Shown here piece after piece: positions 57,801 to 64,000 of a stretch of 64,000 nucleotides of DNA. Source of the stretch: Chloroflexota bacterium (GTDB lineage: Bacteria; Chloroflexota; Dehalococcoidia; JACPQF01). Made by a program: the position numbers and the translations under genes. How positions within the stretch are numbered: the stretch's first letter is position 1; each line of letters opens with the position of its first letter. The stretch is taken from the NCBI GenBank assembly GCA_016190625.1, contig JACPQF010000008.1:7235-71234 (forward strand), given 5' to 3'. The notes below the pieces were generated by a model. That model was not told the origin of the DNA and did no database searches. It saw nothing but the letters and a program-made list of their open reading frames with translations.

Positions 57801-57988
57801 ACGTCCAGGTTCACAAGTACGTCTGCGTGGGTACCCTCGAAGAGCGGATCGACGCCATGATCGAGCAGAAGAAAGAACTGGCCGACAAGATCATCGGCGC
57901 GGGAGAAAACTGGCTCACCGAGCTATCAACCGCCGAGCTACGAGACTTGCTCACCCTCGGAAGCGATGCAGTGGGTGAGGACGGTTAG
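54851..57988 (+). CDS. SNF2-family helicase (SNF2_N + HELICc) with a ~480-aa N-terminal region of unknown function
   Basis: Motif I DDMGLGKTIQ, motif II LDEAQNIKN, SAT-like TGTPVENRL, and helicase C motifs (FILSLKAGGVGLNLT, QATDRAFRIGQ). GTG start. Confidence 0.85.
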   Translation: MLALHAQFLNNRSFFIWGEDSARWQAATSKRARSSARTTAKSHPFACSADQLREVLAANSDLDSKGLSAGNAVLRLPTANRLPAKSPYLLTEEYGPADDKASLQPWSVEGIRCRHVDITKLLEAFDGFSSHSVILGESFHYWLNAARLVQEWVARGCVLPVLLERMEADGKYQARWRLHAVEDKDFERRRLLAEALPPVGRAEAIGDNAEPDPQSILDAFLDTTADGLCRLLLASRKPAQRARAGASPSAETAFVEALTGENPTVVAAKSDVRRLAGILADWSKGASEIAAGALRTTFKLEAPDEAVPTATGGTPDGFWQLHFLLQAVGDKSLQIPAEDVWKPRAETARFLKQSFEHPQERLLGDLGRATRLYAPIEEGLKCARPSGLRLTAEQAYDFLRHGAPLLEQAGFGVLVPKWWSFHRRTRLGVRLKVKSKADGSKTGSGLMGMNALVEYSWEIAIGEETITPEEFAKLAALKVPLVKVRGQWVELKPDEIEAAIAFFAKRQAMGAITVSDALHLNSGIENMAGVPVTNVDLEGWLSSLLGDGGEGSHMEAVDPPESFHGELRPYQKRGLSWLAFLGQRGLGACLADDMGLGKTIQLIALLLREREDAAARPQPTLLICPMSVMGNWQREVRRFAPSLEAHIHHGGERLADDEFVREAQTKDLVISSYAIATRDVDTLKRIDWQRVALDEAQNIKNSNTKQAQAARQLAASERVALTGTPVENRLSELWSIMEFLNPGYLGGPMEFRKRFVIPIERYHDDSRATALKRLVGPFVLRRLKTDRSIIEDLPDKIENKVYCNLTREQASLYQAVVDEMIDKIEQSEGITRKGLVLATMLRLKQVCNHPAHFLQDHSSLVGRSGKLERLTEMLEELVETGDKSLVFTQFAEMGQMLKGYLQERFGQEVLFLHGGTSRKARDAMVATFQCTGASPLIFILSLKAGGVGLNLTGASHVFHFDRWWNPAVENQATDRAFRIGQTKNVQVHKYVCVGTLEERIDAMIEQKKELADKIIGAGENWLTELSTAELRDLLTLGSDAVGEDG

Positions 57989-57997
57989 GAGGGCGTT

Positions 57998-58891
57998 ATG
58001 TCGAGACGATACGATTATTGGGACCACTTCGAGCCGTCCCGCCCTAAGCCGACTACCGAAGGGGTAAAGGCGAAAAGCCAGCGAGGCGCCATCGGCGAGA
58101 CCTGGTGGTCGACCCGCTTCATCAAGCTGTTGGAGTCGTTCGGCATGGGGCCACGTCTGGGCCGCGGCCGTTCGTACGCGCGCTCCGGCCAGGTCCTGCC
58201 ACTGAGCATTGAAGCGGGGCTGGTGAAAACCAAGGTACAGGGAAGCCGTTCAACCCCCTATGCGGTCGAGATCCGCCTCGCGCCCTTGACCGACGGGAAC
58301 TGGGAGAAGGTCTTCGAGAGAATGTCCGAGCAAGCCGTGTTCATGGCCAAGCTGCTTGCGGGAGAGATGCCCGCCAACATCGAGGAAGCGTTTGCCGCAG
58401 CCCAAGTCTCGCTCCTTCCCCAGACCGTGAAGGATTTAGTCACCGAGTGCTCCTGTCCCGACTGGGCCAACCCCTGCAAACACGTGGCCGCGGTATTCTA
58501 CATACTGGCGGAGGCTTTCGACGGCGACCCCTTTTTGATCTTCGCCCTCCGGGGCAGAACCAAGGAGCAAGTCATCGACAAGCTCAGGGGCATGCGCAGT
58601 CCTTCCATAGAAGGACGCCGCGCCGTAACAGAGACCGAAAGCGAAAACCTCGCGGCGCCGGTTGGCGAACAACTGGGACCGCCGCCGCTTGCCGAGTGTC
58701 TCGCCAGTTTCTGGACCGCCGGCGGCCAGCTATCGCAGATCCAAGCCAACCCTGTGCCTGCCGAAGTTCCGGACGCCCTCATCCGCCAGTTGGGACCCTT
58801 GCCTCCCCATTTGCGGAGTGAGGAGCTTCTCCAACAGCTCTCCCATGCCTACGCCGAGCTCGTCAGACGCTCTACGGACGCGGGTGAATAG
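57998..58891 (+). CDS. SWIM zinc-finger protein
   Basis: CSCPDWANPCKHVAAVFY is the SWIM CxCxnCxH motif; the start lies 10 nt after the SNF2 stop. Confidence 0.8.
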   Translation: MSRRYDYWDHFEPSRPKPTTEGVKAKSQRGAIGETWWSTRFIKLLESFGMGPRLGRGRSYARSGQVLPLSIEAGLVKTKVQGSRSTPYAVEIRLAPLTDGNWEKVFERMSEQAVFMAKLLAGEMPANIEEAFAAAQVSLLPQTVKDLVTECSCPDWANPCKHVAAVFYILAEAFDGDPFLIFALRGRTKEQVIDKLRGMRSPSIEGRRAVTETESENLAAPVGEQLGPPPLAECLASFWTAGGQLSQIQANPVPAEVPDALIRQLGPLPPHLRSEELLQQLSHAYAELVRRSTDAGE

Positions 58892-58956
58892 CCAGTCTGC
58901 CGATTAGCTTTTCTAGCCAATTAGGGCCAAGGACGCTTGCTGCCGTCCTCGCCTAA

Positions 58957-60171
58957 TCAAACCACGCCCTTAGCTCGAAGTGCTGCCAATTCGGTCGGTT
59001 TAAGACCGAGCTTGCCACAGTAGACGGCCTCGTTGTGCTCGCCTAGCAGTGGTGCTCTACCCGCCTGCCATGGGGTCTCCGAGAGGCGATAGGGTGCGCC
59101 GGCCATTCGTAAGAGACCTAGGGCCGGGTGTTCTACTTCCGTCCAGTAGTCGCGAGCCACCATATTAGGATCAGCGACGAGGTCGGCCACGGTGTTGACG
59201 GGAGTTATGGTTGCGCCCCGTCTCTGCGCCTCTTCAAACAGGTCTTGTTTGTTGTATTGGGTAGTCAAGGACTCACACCATTCGTCCATGAGATCCTGGA
59301 ATTGATTACGTTGCCTGCCGCTATGCCAAATGGAATCCACTATGCCCTCGACGCCGGTCTTCTCCTTGACCCATTCGGCATAGGCATCCCAATGGCTTGG
59401 ACGCTGTGTGAGCACGGCAGCATATCCGTCCTTGGTGGGGTAGAGCCCAAATGGCCTCGTCGAAAGCCGACGATTGCCGGAGCGTCCTCGGGGCAGCAGG
59501 TCATCAAGGAACACGGGAAGACCATTCTCGTGAGCAGAGCCCAATGCGGCCTCCTGAACCGAAATATCAACTAGTTGCCCCCGACCCTGGCGAGTCCTTG
59601 CCCTCAAAGCTAGCAACGCACCGATTGCCCCGTTGATCGCGGCGAGTATATAGGCCAGCAAGGCTGAGCCTCCGGGAACAACCGGAGGACGATCCAGATC
59701 TCCCGTCATGTAGAGTACTCCGGATGTGGCCCATCCGACCAAATTGGAGCCTTTCCAGTCGCGGTGGGGGCCGGTTTGTCCGAATGGCGTGACTGCCACC
59801 CAAACGAGATATGGGGCCATCTCCTGCAACTGCTCGTACCTGATGCCTCGCTCGGATAGATAGCCCGGCTCAAAGGTTTCATATACAACATCTGTCTGCT
59901 TGACTAGCTCCCGGAAAAGAGCCTGTCCCTCGGGCTCGTCTAGGTTCAGGGTAATACTTTGCTTGTTGGTGTTCATATAAGCGTAGAATAGGCTGTACTC
60001 TGCACCAACCTGGTCTTTGAAGAACGGTGGCAGGCGGCGTGTGGCATCGCCAGTAGGAGGCTCGATCTTGATCACCTCCGCTCCGAGATCCGCCATCAGC
60101 TTGGTTCCGTACACGCCCAATTCGTTCGCCATATCCAAAACTCTATAGCCGCTCAGAGGTCCGATGGCCAT
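58957..60171 (-). CDS. family III CoA-transferase (CaiB/BaiF/Frc family)
   Basis: GYRVLDMANELGVYGTKLMADLGAEVIKIEPP N-terminus, characteristic of family III. Confidence 0.85.
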   Translation of the reverse strand: MAIGPLSGYRVLDMANELGVYGTKLMADLGAEVIKIEPPTGDATRRLPPFFKDQVGAEYSLFYAYMNTNKQSITLNLDEPEGQALFRELVKQTDVVYETFEPGYLSERGIRYEQLQEMAPYLVWVAVTPFGQTGPHRDWKGSNLVGWATSGVLYMTGDLDRPPVVPGGSALLAYILAAINGAIGALLALRARTRQGRGQLVDISVQEAALGSAHENGLPVFLDDLLPRGRSGNRRLSTRPFGLYPTKDGYAAVLTQRPSHWDAYAEWVKEKTGVEGIVDSIWHSGRQRNQFQDLMDEWCESLTTQYNKQDLFEEAQRRGATITPVNTVADLVADPNMVARDYWTEVEHPALGLLRMAGAPYRLSETPWQAGRAPLLGEHNEAVYCGKLGLKPTELAALRAKGVV

Positions 60172-60266
60172 CGCAATGGTCCTCCAAAAACATCAGCGTT
60201 GATTCGCGTTCGTCCTTCCGCAGAAGGATTCAACTTTGGTTTCTCTACCCCCGCACGTCCTGCTTG

Positions 60267-61634
60267 CTACGGCTCATCGTACTCGGTCTCCGGCCAGGGC
60301 AAACGGGGCATCAAATGGCGGATCCAATTGAGGTAAGGGCGCTGCAACTTTGTCTCCGGTGATGCCATCGGCCTAATGGTTCCGTCTTCTGCCATCGCCA
60401 TTATCTCCGATGGGGAATAGCCGCATAGCTCCCCGAGGACGTAGTCGTTATCCTCTCCCTCCGCCGGAGAAGCGCGGTCGACGTACCCGGGTGTTTTGCT
60501 CAGATGGACTGGATTGCCGGTCACAATGTCCTTTCCGAACCGGGCGTGATCGGCCACAACCCAGAAATCCCTCGATTGCAAATGTTCGTCTGCGGCAAGC
60601 GCCATGCTTTCCATCACCGGCGCGGCAGCTACCCCAGCTCGCTGCAATAGTTCTGTGACTTCGGCAGAAGTATGCTGGCTGGTCCATTCGGCGATGACCT
60701 CGTCCAGCTCATCGTGATGGGTAAGCCTGCTCTGGACAGATTGGAAGCGAGGATCTTCGCTCCACTCCTGATGCTCGCTTACCCGGCAAAGAGCCTTCCA
60801 TTCGGCCTCTGTGGAAACGGTAATGGCCACCCATTTGTCGTGGCCAAGACAGGGATATACTCCCTGCGGTGCGAGCCAATCTAGCCGGTTTCCCGTGCGG
60901 GAGATAATCCGGCCATTTATCTGATGGTTAAGGAGCAGCGGGCCTAAAAGAGACACGGTCGCCTCGAATTGAGAGAGATCGACAAACTGTCCCTGTCCAG
61001 TTCGGTCACGGTGGTCGAGGGCGGCGAGGACGGCAAAGGCTGCAAGCATTCCATTGGCGTAGTCCGGATAGGAGCAATTGGCGATTCCTGACGGTTCTCT
61101 GTCCGGCCATCCCGTCAGATCATCCAGGCCAGCGAGCGGCGATTGATTGGGTCCCCAGGCGAGGTAACTGTAATAGGGCGATGAGGTCCCGCCAAAGCCT
61201 GATACGAGTGCGTAGACGATGTCAGGCTTGATGGCCCGGACTGCTTCGTAGTCGAGGCCGAGGCCTGTCACTGCCGGCGCAGAGTAGTTAGCCAGAAAAA
61301 TGTCACACTTGGGAATGAGCCTTCTGGCCGCTTCCGCTCCCTTTGGCTTTTTCAGGTTGATGTCAATGCTCTTCTTTCCGGCTAGCTGCTCGTTGACGGT
61401 GGGGTTGGTATCACCCCAAACCTCCGGTCCGTACTTGTGCTGCCGCAGCCAATGAGCGCCACGACGCGTGCCATCGGGGTATTTTCGACACTCTATTCTT
61501 ATGACTTCGGCGCCAAAATGTGCCAGATAGCGGCCACATTGAGGACCGGCGATGGCAATACCCAACTCGAAAACGCGTACACCGGCGAGGGGACGGTTAT
61601 CAGTCATAGTCTCCTCCTCGAAACGGGGAATCAC
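60267..61634 (-). CDS. family III CoA-transferase (second paralogue)
   Basis: GVRVFELGIAIAGPQCGRYLAHFGAEVIRIE N-terminus. The start may be the internal Met at 61607 (MTDNRPL). Confidence 0.85.
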   Translation of the reverse strand: MIPRFEEETMTDNRPLAGVRVFELGIAIAGPQCGRYLAHFGAEVIRIECRKYPDGTRRGAHWLRQHKYGPEVWGDTNPTVNEQLAGKKSIDINLKKPKGAEAARRLIPKCDIFLANYSAPAVTGLGLDYEAVRAIKPDIVYALVSGFGGTSSPYYSYLAWGPNQSPLAGLDDLTGWPDREPSGIANCSYPDYANGMLAAFAVLAALDHRDRTGQGQFVDLSQFEATVSLLGPLLLNHQINGRIISRTGNRLDWLAPQGVYPCLGHDKWVAITVSTEAEWKALCRVSEHQEWSEDPRFQSVQSRLTHHDELDEVIAEWTSQHTSAEVTELLQRAGVAAAPVMESMALAADEHLQSRDFWVVADHARFGKDIVTGNPVHLSKTPGYVDRASPAEGEDNDYVLGELCGYSPSEIMAMAEDGTIRPMASPETKLQRPYLNWIRHLMPRLPWPETEYDEP

Positions 61635-61894
61635 AACACGGCAGGGTCCAAACGGCGAAGGAGGGAACCAAAGGCATCAACGAGTGGCGCATAGGCCAGC
61701 CCTCTGCCTAGCGAATAGGCGCGTTCTTGGAGCGTTGAAAAGCCACGCTCCTTCGCCAATTGAAGCTCTTCTCGCGCCAAACGCGTATTGCCAATGCCAG
61801 GCTGCCCGGTGAGGAAAATAGCCGCTTCAGCAAGGTCAAACGCCTCGCTGAAGCGATGAAGCTCTTCAACATGACCTACGAACCCGCAGATCAA
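61631..61894 (-). pseudogene. remnant of the N-terminus of a large AAA-ATPase/LuxR-type regulator (degenerate Walker A)
   Basis: 87 aa FVGHVEELHRFSEAFDLAEAAIFLTGQPGIGNTRLAREE...AYAPLVDAFG resembles the N-terminus of MalT/LuxR-type large regulators, but the Walker A Lys is Asn (GIGNT). The ORF stops where the CoA-transferase gene begins. Confidence 0.35.
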
Positions 61895-61933
61895 CGAGGA
61901 CCTCCTCCTTCTTGTGGTCTGGCCCCATCGCGT

Positions 61934-62344
61934 CTACTCCGCCGGCTTGAACTTCGGAATCGTGACCTTTTCGCTCAAGTCTTCGAAGGTCACCTCAAGC
62001 GGCATGTCTGCGCGAAGCTCGGAGTTAGAACAACCTACGACGTTTGTGGTAACTCTAAGTCCCTCGTCCAGCTCGACGACGGCAATGTTGTAGGGTACCT
62101 TGTCGGCAAAGCCCGGATGGAAAACCTGATGCATGATTGCGAATGTATATAGCTTCCCCTTGCCGCTGACCTTGGCCCATTCTAATTCTGTGTTGAGACA
62201 GGAATCGCATCTGAACTTCACGGGCCACAAGACTGCCCCACAGCTTTTGCATTTCTGGAGCACCAACTCGTGACGCTTCGCTCCCTCGAAGAACGGTTTG
62301 GACCTTTCGTCGGGAACCGGCAAAGGCACTTCGGATTCGGCCAT
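61934..62344 (-). CDS. DUF35 Zn-ribbon + OB-fold protein (thiolase partner)
   Basis: CKSCGAVLWPVKFRCDSC Zn-ribbon then an OB-fold (KGKLYTFAIMH...YNIAVVELDEGLRVTTNVV); adjacent to an SCP-x-type thiolase. Confidence 0.8.
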   Translation of the reverse strand: MAESEVPLPVPDERSKPFFEGAKRHELVLQKCKSCGAVLWPVKFRCDSCLNTELEWAKVSGKGKLYTFAIMHQVFHPGFADKVPYNIAVVELDEGLRVTTNVVGCSNSELRADMPLEVTFEDLSEKVTIPKFKPAE

Positions 62345-62379
62345 GTTTCATCTCCCATATCATTAGTCGTCTTGTAAAA

Positions 62380-63543
62380 CTAGGACGGATGAGTGCCCAA
62401 AATCAGGCAGGAATGATATTCGAGGATGCCGCCGTTACCGGTCACGAGAACGAGACCGTGCTTCGGTACCTGCCTCCCCCCTGCCTGTCCACGAGCCTGA
62501 ATGACAGCCTCGGAAAGGGGAGTCATTCCCCACATGTAATAGGAGGATAGCTGGCCACCGCCGGTATTGGTTGGAAACGACCCGTCGGGGCTGAGCTTGC
62601 CATCCTCGACGAACGCTCCCCCTTCACCCTTCTCGCAAAAGCCGTAGTCCTCGAGGGTGACAAGAACCGTATAAGTGTAGCAGTCGTATATCTCGCGGAT
62701 GTCGATATCGGCCAAGGTTACTCCAGCCATCTTGAATGCCGCGTCTTTAGCAATCACCGCGCCAGTTCGCGTTTCCGGATTCAAGCCCGAGCGGTTACTA
62801 AAGCCAGGATGCCCCTGTCCCATCCCTAGAATATACACCGGCGGCTGTCGCAAGGCTCTCGCCCTTTCGGCTGACATGACGACTACCGCTATTCCTCCGT
62901 TGGACACGAGGCAACAGTCGAGCAGATGGAGAGGCTGGACGACGTACCGAGAATTCTGATGGTCCTCAATAGTGATAGGCGTGCGCATCTGGGCCATGGG
63001 GTTCATCACGGCCCATGCCCTCTCTGCCACGGCAATAGCTCCCAACTGGCGGCTGGTCGTGCCGTACTTGAGCATGTGTCGCTGACAGGCTAGGGCGTAA
63101 CCGGTGTTAGGTCCGAAAACACCATAGGTCGAGAATAGGCCGGACATCCCCGGACGCAGAGGTCTGGAAGCAAAGGCTTCGCCCGATGTTTTGGCAGGTG
63201 CCAGCGGCGCGTCGGCGTAGACGCAGGCGACGACATTAACGATCCCGGCGTCGATGGCCATTGAAGCAAACTGAACCATCTGCCCGGCGGTGGATCCGGC
63301 GGCATTCATATGGTTAAGGAGTTTCAGGTCGTGCAGACCAAGAGCGTTCTGAAGATTGAGACTCAACCCAGGCGACACACCGGAATTGACGAGCAAGCCA
63401 TCTAGCTCCTCTTTTTTCAGGCCTGCATCCTCGATAGCCAGCTTAACGGCTTCGGCAGCGAAATCGACAGAGTTTCGTCCGTATATCCGTCCCATTTGTG
63501 TAACGCCGAGGCCTGCAATCGCATACTTGCCCCTCAATGACAT
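62380..63543 (-). CDS. thiolase-fold protein, SCP-x / nonspecific lipid-transfer-type
   Basis: 387 aa; YAIAGLGVTQMGR...MNAAGSTAGQMVQFASMAIDAG...TNTGGGQLS thiolase-like active-site regions. Confidence 0.85.
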   Translation of the reverse strand: MSLRGKYAIAGLGVTQMGRIYGRNSVDFAAEAVKLAIEDAGLKKEELDGLLVNSGVSPGLSLNLQNALGLHDLKLLNHMNAAGSTAGQMVQFASMAIDAGIVNVVACVYADAPLAPAKTSGEAFASRPLRPGMSGLFSTYGVFGPNTGYALACQRHMLKYGTTSRQLGAIAVAERAWAVMNPMAQMRTPITIEDHQNSRYVVQPLHLLDCCLVSNGGIAVVVMSAERARALRQPPVYILGMGQGHPGFSNRSGLNPETRTGAVIAKDAAFKMAGVTLADIDIREIYDCYTYTVLVTLEDYGFCEKGEGGAFVEDGKLSPDGSFPTNTGGGQLSSYYMWGMTPLSEAVIQARGQAGGRQVPKHGLVLVTGNGGILEYHSCLILGTHPS

Positions 63544-64000
63544 CCGGTGAACCTCCTAATGTGGCAATAGTTATCTCTTCAGGCAGGTAAGAGCCATTCT
63601 ATGCCCTGGCTCTAACATTGATCGTATGATCACTGACAAAACTGGGAGTCTCCCCGAGGCATTATAGCAGAAATCACGCGGCAATACATGCCTGCTTTCT
63701 TCCGCCTAAACCACGAGGTTTGCACAAATGAACAGGCTCACCTAAACGATCAGGCGAGCCTGTCATACCAACCTATTGCAGGCGACCCCGAAGGGGATTC
63801 ACCCCGCATGCAATATGTCCCTTCGGGCTGGTTTCCTGTTGACGCTCCCAGAGAGGTGATCGCTCCGCCTGGCGTTGGGAAAGCTCCCAGCCTTACGCCC
63901 GACGAGCGTGCCCAGGTAGCGAGAGAGTATGGAACTTTCAGCTTGCACTGTATCATATCACGCCCAATTGCGCTTTGAGACTTCACATAGCCAGGCTGCA

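Overview
This window is a high-GC (about 62-63%) bacterial chromosomal segment, gene-dense on both strands, with no rRNA, tRNA or CRISPR detected. It opens with a housekeeping block: the 3' end of atpD, then atpC, murA, mreB and convergent rex. The remainder is a mosaic of metabolic, transport and regulatory genes. These include an ABC transporter adjacent to ubiX, a ROK glucokinase, a DEAD-box helicase, 4-hydroxybutyryl-CoA dehydratase and an aldehyde dehydrogenase. Further along are a fused indolepyruvate:ferredoxin oxidoreductase, a MacAB-like efflux pump with a two-component system, dinB, and a CoA-transferase/DUF35/thiolase cluster. Accessory-type content includes two type II toxin-antitoxin operons (hicBA and an RHH-PIN vapBC) that share a conserved 38-bp upstream element, and two MITE-like elements with long terminal inverted repeats. 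There is a glycerate kinase pseudogene carrying an in-frame TAG plus a frameshift, and several families of short palindromic REP-like repeats. A soluble PRC-barrel/MgtE-N/CBS protein is paired with an Nramp homologue that carries substituted metal-site motifs. Two secreted proteins share an 11-residue extreme C-terminal tail. An SNF2 helicase + SWIM zinc-finger pair sits downstream of a ~410 bp non-coding leader. All calls come from reading the six-frame translations and the DNA by eye; no database search was run.
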